From assembly GCA_965204745.1 (NCBI GenBank), contig OZ242010.1:5283461-5347460 (forward strand): a stretch of 64,000 nt of DNA. Reading direction: 5' to 3'. Shown here piece by piece: positions 1 through 9,119 of the stretch. The stretch comes from Candidatus Latescibacterota bacterium (GTDB lineage: Bacteria; Latescibacterota; UBA2968). A program made the translations under genes and the position numbers. The stretch's first letter is position 1. Each line of letters starts with the position of its first letter. The notes beneath the pieces were generated by a model. It saw nothing but the letters and a program-made list of their open reading frames with translations. It was not told the DNA's origin and ran no database searches.

Positions 1-3000
1 CCAAGCCCATCGAAGAAATGATGGGCACGATTTCCGGGATCGAGTCCATCCGAGCGCGGTCTTATGGCAGTCGGGGGTACGTGTTCATGGAATTTGACTA
101 TGGCACGGACATGGAACTCAAGTCGATTCAAGTGCGCGACCGCATCGATCAGGTTCGCAACTTACTGCCCGAAGACTTGGAGACCATCGAAACGCGCCGA
201 TGGGATTCGTCCGATTGGGAAATTTTGGACTACAACATGACGTGGCTAGGCGACGATCCCTCGGAACTCGCCACCGTGTATAAAACCACCATCTTGCCCC
301 GCTTACAACGCATTCCCGGGGTGGGCAATGTGGAAATGGAAGGCGCGGATGAAAAAATCCTCAGAGTCGATGTGGATCAAAACCGCATGCACGCGCATGG
401 CTTGGACATTCGCACCCTCAACAGAACGATTCGGACGAACAACATCAACATCTCGGGCGGGTACGTCACCGATGGCGGCAAACGCCTCGCGGTGCGCGCG
501 GTCGGCGAATTTGACGAAGTCGATCAAATCCGCGATCTCGACTTGCCCAATGGCCTCGAGATAAAAGACGTGGCGCAGGTGAGTTACGACTATCCGGAAA
601 AGCGGTACTTCGAACGCTTGGACGGGCGAGACGCGGTCTCGATGGAAATTCGCAAAACCTCCACCGCCAATCTGGTCGAAACGTGCAGGCTGGTCAGGGC
701 AGAAATCGAAGCCCTACAAGACGACATCGGGCGCGACAAATTGCGCCTGCATCTGCGCCGCGACCAATCCGAAGCCGTGATCGCGGGCATCGCGGACCTG
801 GGGCAATCGGCTATCTTGGGGGGCATGCTGGCGATTTGCATCATCTTTGTCTTCTTGCGAAACTTCCGCAGCACGCTCATCGTCGGCTCTGCCATTCCCA
901 TTTCCGTCTTGTGCGTTTTCGTGATCATGTATTTGATGCGGCAGGTTTTTGGATCGACCATCACCTTGAACATGATCTCGATGATGGGCCTGATGGTCGC
1001 CATTGGGATGCTGGTCGATCCCGCTGTGGTGGCATTGGAGAATATCTATCGCAGGCGCTTTGACGAAGGCGACGGCGTGCGCGACGCGGCGATAGAGGGC
1101 AGCAGGGAAATCGGCATCCCGGTGCTGGCGGCCGCGCTGACGACGATCTGCGTGTTCGTCCCCCTCATTTTTATCTCTGGCTCGTACAACACCATGTGGA
1201 TGCGCGACTTTGCCATCACCGTTTGCATTTCCGTGGTCGCGGCCATGTGCGTGGCCTTGAGCCTCATTCCGCTGGCGTGTTCGCGGGCCTTTGCCTCTGC
1301 TGGCAACCGCGTGGATCTCGCGTTGAAACTCGGCTTGGGCGCGCTGTTTTGCGCGGGCGCGATCTACCTCATCCACCGGGAGGGCCTCGCGGAATCGGGC
1401 GCGTGGATCGCGGAAAACGCGCTGTGGCTTTTGGGCGGGCTCGCCACCGTGGCCATAAGCGTTTGGCTCGCACTCGGCGCGGCCGTCGCAACGCTGGCCT
1501 TTTTCTATTTTCGCCTGCGGCACCTCGGCCTCAAGGGCGTGTACGCGCGCGTCATCGGCACGACCCTGCACTATCGTTGGACCACGGTTGTGGTCGCCAC
1601 GTTCATCTTGTTCAGCGGCATCTACATCTTCACCAAAATCGAAGTCCAACGCTACCGCTATCAACCCAACCGCATGGTGGGCTATACGGTGGAAATCCCG
1701 CGCACGTACGACATCGACGACGCGCTCGTCCTCTACAAACAAATCGAAGCCATCCTGTTGCCGCACAAGGAAGAACTCGACATCGAAGCCATCAAAACCC
1801 GGTTCAGCACTCGGCGCGGCAATACGATCTATCTGTACCTCAAACCCGCTGAAGAAAGCGCGTACAGCACGGATGAAGTTCAAAAAAAGGTGACCGTGCT
1901 GTTGCCCAAAGACATCCCCGGCGTGCGCTTTAAGTCGGGCTTCAGGCGCAGGGGCAGCAGTGGCACGGGCGTGGGCATCGAAATCAAGGGCAGAAACCAG
2001 GAAGTGCTGGCGATTTTGGCCGAAGACATCCGCCTGCGAATGGACGACATCGCGGGCATCCACACCGTCGAGACCAGCTTGGAAAGCGGCACCGAGGAAA
2101 TTCGCGTGTCCGTGAACCGCACGCGGGCGCAGCAATTTGGCCTGTCGTCCCAACAAATTGCCAGCACGGTCGCCACGGCCTTGGGCGCGCGCGGGAACAG
2201 CAAGTTCAAAACGCCGGATGGGGAAATCGACATCGCCTTGCAACTGCGAGAAGAGGACCGCGCCACGCTGGACCAACTCAAAACCCTGTCTTTTGAAAGC
2301 GACCAAGGCAGCATGATTTCATTTGCCAGCCTCGCGGACTTTGAATTGACCAAAGGCCCGCAGTCTATCGAACGCCAAGATCGCATGTCCACCGTGACCG
2401 TCTTCGCCAATACCGAGGCGTCCGAGGTGCAAAAGGTCGGCTTTGAAATGCGCGACCGCATGGACGCCATCCCCTTGCCCAAGGGGTATAGCTGGCAGAT
2501 GGATCGCCGGTTTCGGTACATGGCGGCTGAAGAGGGGGAAAGTAATTTCACGATGGTTTTTGCCGCGCTGCTCATCTACCTGATCATGGCGTCCCTGTTT
2601 GAATCCTACATCCACCCGTTCACGATCATGTTTTCCATCAGCTTTGCGTTTATCGGCGTGGCGCTGGGGCTTTACATTTTTGGCGTGGTGCTCGACAGCA
2701 ACGCGACTTATGGGTTGCTCATCTTGTTCGGCATTGTGGTCAACAACGGCATTGTGCTCATCGACCACATCAACCGGTATCGCAAGCAGGGCCTGTATCG
2801 CAGAGACGCGATTTTGCGCGGGGGGCAAGATCGCCTGCGCCCCATTTTGATGACCGCCACCACGACCATTTTGGGCCTCGCGCCGCTGGTGATCCCGATG
2901 ATCTACGGCAATGTGGAAGGCAATGCGCGCCGCTGGGGCCCCATCGGCTTGGTGATCATCTCCGGCCTGTCGATTTCCACGGTCCTCACTGTGGTCATCC

Positions 3001-3077
3001 TGCCGACCATCTACTCCCTGATGGACGATCTCTCCGGCTACGCAAAGCGCGTCGTCGCCGTGGCAAAACGGGCATGA
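1..3077 (+). CDS. Efflux RND transporter permease subunit (AcrB/HAE1-like), 5'-partial (continues upstream of window)
   Basis: 1019-aa ORF in the listed frame, open back to position 3. Typical RND TM/periplasmic-loop organisation with many conserved G/P-rich TM segments. C-terminal cytoplasmic tail. Confidence 0.85.
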   Translation, partial: KPIEEMMGTISGIESIRARSYGSRGYVFMEFDYGTDMELKSIQVRDRIDQVRNLLPEDLETIETRRWDSSDWEILDYNMTWLGDDPSELATVYKTTILPRLQRIPGVGNVEMEGADEKILRVDVDQNRMHAHGLDIRTLNRTIRTNNINISGGYVTDGGKRLAVRAVGEFDEVDQIRDLDLPNGLEIKDVAQVSYDYPEKRYFERLDGRDAVSMEIRKTSTANLVETCRLVRAEIEALQDDIGRDKLRLHLRRDQSEAVIAGIADLGQSAILGGMLAICIIFVFLRNFRSTLIVGSAIPISVLCVFVIMYLMRQVFGSTITLNMISMMGLMVAIGMLVDPAVVALENIYRRRFDEGDGVRDAAIEGSREIGIPVLAAALTTICVFVPLIFISGSYNTMWMRDFAITVCISVVAAMCVALSLIPLACSRAFASAGNRVDLALKLGLGALFCAGAIYLIHREGLAESGAWIAENALWLLGGLATVAISVWLALGAAVATLAFFYFRLRHLGLKGVYARVIGTTLHYRWTTVVVATFILFSGIYIFTKIEVQRYRYQPNRMVGYTVEIPRTYDIDDALVLYKQIEAILLPHKEELDIEAIKTRFSTRRGNTIYLYLKPAEESAYSTDEVQKKVTVLLPKDIPGVRFKSGFRRRGSSGTGVGIEIKGRNQEVLAILAEDIRLRMDDIAGIHTVETSLESGTEEIRVSVNRTRAQQFGLSSQQIASTVATALGARGNSKFKTPDGEIDIALQLREEDRATLDQLKTLSFESDQGSMISFASLADFELTKGPQSIERQDRMSTVTVFANTEASEVQKVGFEMRDRMDAIPLPKGYSWQMDRRFRYMAAEEGESNFTMVFAALLIYLIMASLFESYIHPFTIMFSISFAFIGVALGLYIFGVVLDSNATYGLLILFGIVVNNGIVLIDHINRYRKQGLYRRDAILRGGQDRLRPILMTATTTILGLAPLVIPMIYGNVEGNARRWGPIGLVIISGLSISTVLTVVILPTIYSLMDDLSGYAKRVVAVAKRA

Positions 3078-3207
3078 GCACATTCTCGCAACGCAAAACG
3101 CCGTGCAGAAACGACCCTGCACGGCGTTTTTTTCGCGCTTGTAATATCCGAGTCTTTTCCATAAGTTGGGGCGTTCAATGATTAGCTCAATTTTCAGGAG
3201 GGGCGAC

Positions 3208-4092
3208 ATGGTCTTTGGAGAAGGGGATTATCGGTACGAAGAAGTGGATGATTGGGCGAAATTGCCCGAGGGCTGGGTGTTCACGCAGGTGTCGGACGCC
3301 GCGGTGGATTCGCAGGGGCGCATTTACGCATTTACGCGCGGGGTTCACCCGGTGATCGTGTTTGACAAAGCCGGCAATTTCATCACGTCTTGGGGATATG
3401 GCGATTTTGGGATTTCCCCGAACCTGATCAGCCAATCGCACGGCATTTTCATCGACCCAGAAGACAAGGTGTTTTTGACCGATTCTTACCAGCACATCGT
3501 TAGGCGTTATACCCGCTTGGGTGAGTTGGAACGCGAATGGGGCAACCGCGGCGTGCCCTCTCCGGCCTTTCGCCGCGGGGAATACAACATGCCCACCGGC
3601 GTCGCGTTCGCGCCCGATGGCGAGTCGTTTTACGTGTCGGACGGCTACGCCAATATGCTCGTCCACAAGTACTCGCGCGGCGGCGAGCACTTGGCAACGT
3701 GGGGCGAAGCCGGGCATGGCCCCGGGCAATTCTCATTGGTTCACAACATCGGTTGCGATAAGACGGGGCGGGTTTTGGTGTGTGACCGCGAGAACAGTCG
3801 CATTCAGGTTTTCGATCCAGAGGGCAAATTCATCGAGGCCTGGACCGATTTGATGATGCCGGGCGACGTGTGGATCACCGATGACAATGCGATTTACGTG
3901 GCCGAGCAAGGCGGCGGCGGGCGCGTCAGCGTTTGGTCTCCGGACGGCGAATTGATCTGCCGATTTGCAGACCCGAGCGCGGTGCAATCCCCGCACGGCC
4001 TGTGCGTGGATGACGAGGGTAGCATCTACGTCGCCGAAATCGGCACAGAGGGGCAGGGACAGCGGTTGCAGAAATTTGCGAGGGTCAGGTGA
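3208..4092 (+). CDS. NHL-repeat six-bladed beta-propeller protein (PAL-like/SMP-30-like fold)
   Basis: Start chosen at ATG 3208, preceded by AGGAGG with 6-nt spacing. Repeated motifs of the form '...G.IYVAD..N.RIQVFDP.G' are typical of NHL blades. Confidence 0.6.
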   Translation: MVFGEGDYRYEEVDDWAKLPEGWVFTQVSDAAVDSQGRIYAFTRGVHPVIVFDKAGNFITSWGYGDFGISPNLISQSHGIFIDPEDKVFLTDSYQHIVRRYTRLGELEREWGNRGVPSPAFRRGEYNMPTGVAFAPDGESFYVSDGYANMLVHKYSRGGEHLATWGEAGHGPGQFSLVHNIGCDKTGRVLVCDRENSRIQVFDPEGKFIEAWTDLMMPGDVWITDDNAIYVAEQGGGGRVSVWSPDGELICRFADPSAVQSPHGLCVDDEGSIYVAEIGTEGQGQRLQKFARVR

Positions 4093-4130
4093 TACACTCC
4101 CCGTTGCGGGGAAGGGCCATATTAGTTTAA

Positions 4131-4168
4131 GGCGAGAGATCAGATCGATCTCTCGCCTTTTATTTTTG
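4131..4168. terminator. Rho-independent terminator between convergent genes
   Basis: Perfect 11-bp inverted repeat ggcgagagatc/gatctctcgcc with a 5-nt loop. Followed by ttttattttt. Confidence 0.5.
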
Positions 4169-4264
4169 GCTTTCAGCAACAGGAGCCCAGTGCCTCGTCA
4201 GGGTTTTCTTTCCGCAGAAAGTTTGTTTGTCTCGGCAACTCTTGAACGAAAAATTATCGCTGCG

Positions 4265-5632
4265 TCAAATAAACCCAATCGCCCGCCAGTAGCGCAGGGT
4301 TAGGGGAAGCAGTACCGCGAGCGTGAGCGCGGAAATCAGGGACATGACGAGGACAAATTGTCCCATTCGGGCGTAGCGAAATCCGTACGCAATAATAAAG
4401 GGCGCGCTTTGATAGGGGATGAAAACCACGCCCGTGCCGATAGCCAGGCTGAGCGCGACGGGCAGGGGCGATAGGCCGAGTTGCGGGCCGAGGTCGAGCA
4501 AAACCGGAGCGAGCACCCCGCCGACCGCAGCGGTATCCATCAAAAAATCAAAGGGCACAGCCAAGCAGGCCATGAGCGCGAGTTGGGCAGTCGGGGTGTC
4601 GAGGGTTTGGAGATGGGGGATGAACGCGGACGCGAGCGCGCGGTTGAGGCCAGACTGTTCGAGTGCATGACCTATCGCAAAGATCGAGGAAATGAAGATG
4701 AGCAGGGGAAAATTGACTTTTTTGAGGGTGTCAAAAGGCAGAGGGCCCCAGCCGGGCAAATAGCAGAGGAGCACGAGGCCCAGGCCCACATAGACCGGAT
4801 GGATGCCGTGCATCGCGTCCGTCGTCCACATGACCATCCCGGCGATGAGAATGCCGAGCACCTTTTTCTCGGCTCGGGTGATCCGTGCGGGCACATCCGC
4901 GGGCGGGCGACGCGAGAGATCGGGTTGTCGCGCAGGGCGAAACAGCAACGAGATGAGGCCGTAGAGCAAGGCAACGCGCAACAGCCCGATGATGGGAAAG
5001 AGATAATACGCCCACGCGCTCCAATAGACCGAGAGGTCGCGCGATTCGAGCACGCCGAGGATGACCAAATTGGGCACGCTGGCCGTCAGAATGCCCGTGC
5101 CGCTGTAATACGTGGCGCAAGTCAGGGAGAGGACGAGGCCCGCGCTGACCTTTGAACCGGGCACTTCCCCAAGGGTTTTGAGCAGGGCAACGACTATCGG
5201 CATCATGATGAGGACGCGCACGACCCCAGAGGGAATCAGCAATGCCATAGCCACGCCGAGGATGTGCAGGCCCAAGACGAGTTGCCAATACCTATCCACG
5301 CGGTTGAGCACGAATTGAGCCAGTCGCGCGCCCAGCGGGGTTTCCGTGATGCCCAAGCTCAAGGCCATGCCCGCAAAAACGAGCCACACGGCTTTGCCGG
5401 AAAAACCTTGAAACGCGGTTTCAAAGGGCAGAACATCCAAAAGCGGAAAGAGCGCGAGGACGAAAATGGCGGTGTAGGAGATCGGGACGGGTTCAAACGT
5501 CCAGAAGATAACGGTCAGCGCAGTCAACGCGAGGGCCAACCGTGCGGATGGGATGAGGTCGCCGGGCAAGAGGAGGATGAGCAGGAACAGGACAGGCCCG
5601 AGGATGAGGCCGATGGTTTGGGAGTGAGGCAT
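4265..5632 (-). CDS. Anion permease, ArsB/NhaD superfamily (DASS/citrate-transporter-like)
   Basis: 455-aa highly hydrophobic polytopic protein with internal two-fold repeat organisation typical of this superfamily. A heptamer tandem repeat lies immediately upstream of its ATG. Confidence 0.45.
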   Translation of the reverse strand: MPHSQTIGLILGPVLFLLILLLPGDLIPSARLALALTALTVIFWTFEPVPISYTAIFVLALFPLLDVLPFETAFQGFSGKAVWLVFAGMALSLGITETPLGARLAQFVLNRVDRYWQLVLGLHILGVAMALLIPSGVVRVLIMMPIVVALLKTLGEVPGSKVSAGLVLSLTCATYYSGTGILTASVPNLVILGVLESRDLSVYWSAWAYYLFPIIGLLRVALLYGLISLLFRPARQPDLSRRPPADVPARITRAEKKVLGILIAGMVMWTTDAMHGIHPVYVGLGLVLLCYLPGWGPLPFDTLKKVNFPLLIFISSIFAIGHALEQSGLNRALASAFIPHLQTLDTPTAQLALMACLAVPFDFLMDTAAVGGVLAPVLLDLGPQLGLSPLPVALSLAIGTGVVFIPYQSAPFIIAYGFRYARMGQFVLVMSLISALTLAVLLPLTLRYWRAIGFI

Positions 5633-5773
5633 AGTCAGTTGTCAGTTGTCAGTCCCATCAGTCGTAGGGACGGGTTGAGGTGTAGGCCAAGAAAAAAATC
5701 ATATAAGCCGTATTGGAAGTTCCGAGAAGACATATAGGGCTAAAGACGCGCCACATTCGCCCCTGTTTTTTGC

Positions 5774-5801
5774 TTGACTCTTTTGGCAGAAGTCCTATAT
5801 A
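5774..5801 (+). promoter_or_regulatory. Sigma70-type promoter (-35 TTGACT, 16-nt spacer, -10 TATATA) for the sigma-factor gene
   Basis: TTGACT at 5774-5779 and TATATA at 5796-5801, about 30 nt upstream of the proposed GTG start. Confidence 0.35.
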
Positions 5802-5833
5802 TCGCAAAACCCAATGCCTCTCACTCCCCCTTC

Positions 5834-6682
5834 AATGAGGTGATTGCCTTGCCTACGACAATCGTTTCCAAAGATGCCTTGCATCGCTATCTCGAAGACG
5901 TGGCCGCGTCTCAACCGCTCTCTGCACGAGAGGAAGTGCGGCTCTCTGCGCGCATTCGCAAGGGCGACCGCGAAGCGCGTGCAAAACTCATCGAAGCCAA
6001 TCTGCGCTTTGTCATCACTGTGGCGTACGAATATCAAAATCAAGGCGTGCCGATTGTCGATCTCATCAGCGCGGGCAATGTCGGGCTGATCACCGCGGCA
6101 GAGCGTTTTGACGGCAGCCGAGGGTTTAAGTTTATCTCTTACGCTGTCTGGTGGATTCGCCAGTCCATTTTGCAAACCTTGGCAGAACATTCCCGCGTGG
6201 TGCGCCTGCCGCTCAACCGCGTGGATTTGCTCAGGCGCATCGCGCGTTGCGCGACCGGGCAGACGTCGATGCGATCTCTGGAAGAGATCGCCGAAGAATT
6301 GGGCATTCCAGTCGAGCAGGTGACGGAGACCCTCACCAGTGGGCAGCGCGTTTTGTCGTTGGATGCGTCTTTTGGCGGCGAGGATGAAAACAGCCTCCTC
6401 GACCTGATGGCCGATGACTCGCAAGAGTCGCCCGATGCGCTGATCATGCGAAATACCCTCAAAAAGGAAATCACCCGCGCATTGAGCACGCTTGAGGAAC
6501 GCGAGCGCGAGGTTATCTGCCTCTATTTTGGGTTGGAATCCGGCGTGGAAATGACGCTCGAAGAAATCGGCAGGCGATACCGCCTCACGCGCGAACGGGT
6601 GCGGCAGATCAAGGAAAAAGCACTCCGCAAATTGCGCCATCCCACCAGAGGCAGGAAGCTGATGCCTTATACGGAAAAGTGA
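5834..6682 (+). CDS. RNA polymerase sigma factor, sigma-70 family (compact RpoD/RpoS-like, regions 1.2-4)
   Basis: Motifs DALHRYLEDV (region 1.2), LIEANLRFVITVAYEY (2.1-2.2), DLISAGNVGLITAAERFD / FISYAVWWIRQSI (2.3-2.4), RVVRLPLNRV (3), and LTLEEIGRRYRLTRERVRQIKEKALRKLR (region 4.2 HTH). Start GTG 5834 is inferred (GAGG 4 nt upstream). The listed ORF start at 5774 lies inside the promoter. Confidence 0.8.
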   Translation, partial: NEVIALPTTIVSKDALHRYLEDVAASQPLSAREEVRLSARIRKGDREARAKLIEANLRFVITVAYEYQNQGVPIVDLISAGNVGLITAAERFDGSRGFKFISYAVWWIRQSILQTLAEHSRVVRLPLNRVDLLRRIARCATGQTSMRSLEEIAEELGIPVEQVTETLTSGQRVLSLDASFGGEDENSLLDLMADDSQESPDALIMRNTLKKEITRALSTLEEREREVICLYFGLESGVEMTLEEIGRRYRLTRERVRQIKEKALRKLRHPTRGRKLMPYTEK

Positions 6683-6930
6683 AAGGCACGGTGTACCTGC
6701 GATAGCCGTTCAAAGGCAAGAGGCAAGACGGAAGAGGCAAGAGGCAAGACGGGAGAAGGCCACCGCGCTGTTCCTCTCAAGTTGTCAGTTGTCAGTTGTC
6801 AGTCCGCCCCGCCCACCCCCTGTTGTAGGGGCGATGCCCCCGTGCTCGTCCAAAGATACAAGGGGGAATGAGGTCTCCCCTCCCCGAAATGGGAGGGGCA
6901 TAACATTGTGCATTCCAACAACGACGGGCA

Positions 6931-8301
6931 TCATGAATTTGATGCCCGTTTCAATTTGTCCACCCAGGCGCGGAATCGCTCGCCGCGTTCTTCAAAATTC
7001 CGAAATTGGTCGTAACTCGCAGACGCAGGCGATAGCAAGACCACATCCCCGGGTTGTGCCAAGCGGGTCGCGCATGCCATTGCCGCGGCCAAATTTTCGA
7101 CCCGATGGATGGCGGTCACACCCTTTGTCGCGTCTGCGATGGCGTCACCGGTTTCGCCCATCACAATCAGGTGCGCCACTTGTTCTGCTATCGCGGGTCC
7201 CAACTCGTCAAACGCGATGCCCTTATCGTATCCCCCGGCGATGAGCACGATGGGCTTGTCAAATGCCTCGAGTGCTGTTTGCGTGCGGTCCGGGGTTGTG
7301 GCGATTGAATCGTTCACATAGAGAACGCCGTCGATCTCGGCCACCTGTTCCAATCTGTGGGGCACGCCTTCAAACATGTGCAGTGTTTCGGCGATGTCCG
7401 TCTCGGCTACGCCGCATAATAGCGCCGCGCCCGTGGCTGCGAGTGCGTTGGCGAGGTTGTGCTGACCGCGCAAGGACAACTCATTTGCAGAACAGATTGT
7501 TCGCGCCGAGCCCCGGAGCGCGTGTTGGATTTTGCCATCGCGCACAAAGACCTGCCCATCGCCTTCAATGGCAAAGACCACGCGTTGCCCATTGCCCGGC
7601 CAGCGAGACACTTCGGCGTCTTCCCCATTGACGACGGCCCAATCGCCGCGGCTTTGGTGCGCGGTGATCTGCTGTTTGGCCTTGCGATACGCTTTTAATG
7701 ACCCGTGAACGTCGAGGTGATTGGGCGCGAAATTGGTGAGCACGGCAATGTGCGGGCTCCACGGCAACTCGCCCAGTCGGTCGAGTTGAAAGCTCGACAA
7801 CTCCAGCACAACCGGGATGGTGGCATCGCCATGCAGGATGTCCAGCGCGTCCAACAATGACCCGCCGATGTTGCCGCCGATTAGGGCGCGCCCATCCTCG
7901 CGCTTGAGCATGTCGCCCAAGAGCGACGTGGTGGTGGTCTTGCCACTGCTGCCCGTGATGCCGATCACCGGCGCGGGACAGCGTTCGACAAACAGACAGA
8001 TTTCAGACGTGATGGGCACACCTGCGGATTCCGCGACCTGCAAAAACCGCGATGACCGGGGCACTGCGGGATTGGCGACGATCAAATCCGCGTTCCGAAA
8101 ATCCGCCTCCTCGTGCCCGCCCAACACAAATGCCACGGGCAACCCATCCAGCGTGCGCACGGATGCGCCCAGTTCCCTCTCCGACCGCAAATCCGTCACT
8201 GTGACCACGGCGCCTTCGCGCACCAAAAACCGCACGGCCCCCACACCCCCGCCAAACACGCCCAACCCCATCACCAAAACGCGCTGGCCCTTTAAGTTCA
8301 T
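6931..8301 (-). CDS. murD: UDP-N-acetylmuramoylalanine--D-glutamate ligase
   Basis: N-terminus MNLKGQRVLVMGLGVFGGG (Rossmann fold). Mur ligase P-loop GITGSSGKTTTTSL. Conserved central and C-terminal Mur domains. Start at 8301 preferred over 8331. Confidence 0.85.
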   Translation of the reverse strand: MNLKGQRVLVMGLGVFGGGVGAVRFLVREGAVVTVTDLRSERELGASVRTLDGLPVAFVLGGHEEADFRNADLIVANPAVPRSSRFLQVAESAGVPITSEICLFVERCPAPVIGITGSSGKTTTTSLLGDMLKREDGRALIGGNIGGSLLDALDILHGDATIPVVLELSSFQLDRLGELPWSPHIAVLTNFAPNHLDVHGSLKAYRKAKQQITAHQSRGDWAVVNGEDAEVSRWPGNGQRVVFAIEGDGQVFVRDGKIQHALRGSARTICSANELSLRGQHNLANALAATGAALLCGVAETDIAETLHMFEGVPHRLEQVAEIDGVLYVNDSIATTPDRTQTALEAFDKPIVLIAGGYDKGIAFDELGPAIAEQVAHLIVMGETGDAIADATKGVTAIHRVENLAAAMACATRLAQPGDVVLLSPASASYDQFRNFEERGERFRAWVDKLKRASNS

Positions 8302-8366
8302 GGGAATCTCCTCTGATCGAAAAAAAGTCACTAGGTTCTGTTGACATTTAGGAGCAAAGCAACATC

Positions 8367-8700
8367 GGGACCTACCCCCCTAGCCCCCCTTCCTTAGAGG
8401 AAGGGGGGAACGCGGATGGGTTTTGCGAGGGGGACCTACCCCCTAGCCCCGTTACTCGCTACGCTTCGTTGTAGGCTACGCCTGTGCCTGCGAGGAAGGG
8501 GGAATGACGAGAGGTTTTGCGAGGGGATGGTGTGAGGGATTTTTAATCGCTTTATGCCCTCGGTCAATGCCATCAGAGCAACTAGAGATATAAGCCATCA
8601 AAGGGACTTTACTCCCCTTTCCTCGTAGGAAAGGGGCCGGGGGATAGGTCCCCTCGCGCAACGCCATCAGAGCAACCTAAGCCATCAAAGGACCAAACGC
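8367..8700. repeat. Composite GC-rich palindromic intergenic repeat cluster (family C, MITE/REP-like), two partial copies
   Basis: Contains terminal motif GGACCTACCCCC(T)AGCCCC. Perfect hairpins cccccttcc-ttaga-ggaaggggg and ccctttcc-tcgta-ggaaaggg. Submodule gtaggctacgcctgtgcct. Homologous to 10266-10343, 23391-23820 and 28872-29050. Confidence 0.7.
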
Positions 8701-8844
8701 ATTAAATGAGCAAGCAACACATTTGCTAATCTGTGCGTAACATAAAAAATAAAATGTCAACACGACCTAAAAATTAAAATAGTGATAGAAAAATAAAAAA
8801 TCAAATTGGTATAACCTGCTTTTCTCTTTGCCCCACCTGAACGC

Positions 8845-8890
8845 CCCAATCCGCGCAATCTGTTTAATCCGCGATTCAGACGAGGTGTTG
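8845..8890. repeat. Family E repeat (TAATCCGCG-type motif cluster)
   Basis: aatccgcgcaatctgtttaatccgcgattcagac is shared almost exactly with 23925-23975 and, more loosely, with 53941-53990. Confidence 0.6.
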
Positions 8891-9119
8891 CCTCTCCTTT
8901 TATCCCTTGCCAAAGGTCATCTCGGGTATTAAGTTGGTCGATGAACTTTGACATACATCCCATCGCATGCGCGGCGTGCGGTCAATGGCGAGCAACGATC
9001 CCTCGCAGAAAGGAGGCTTATGGACGGAAATCCCAAGCGAGCAGTTGCAGCATCACGCGAGTAGTTGTAGCATCAGGTCTGTTTATTTTTTGTCTCATTC
9101 ACCCCCGGAGGAAATTCCC

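Noticed and set aside
714-2306. 530-aa minus-strand ORF inside the RND pump gene
   Set aside because: Fully embedded antisense to a well-supported transporter CDS. Low-complexity Arg/Gly/Asp-rich translation.
5774-5833. Listed start of the sigma-factor ORF at 5774 (MTLLAEVLYIAKPNASHSPF...)
   Set aside because: The ATG is part of the TTGACT -35 box. This region is the promoter and leader, and a GTG at 5834 with an upstream GAGG fits better.
8845-8890. Replication origin (DnaA-box-like TAATCCGCG clusters)
   Set aside because: Only weak similarity to TTATCCACA. The motif recurs at three unrelated loci, and no dnaA/dnaN context is present.
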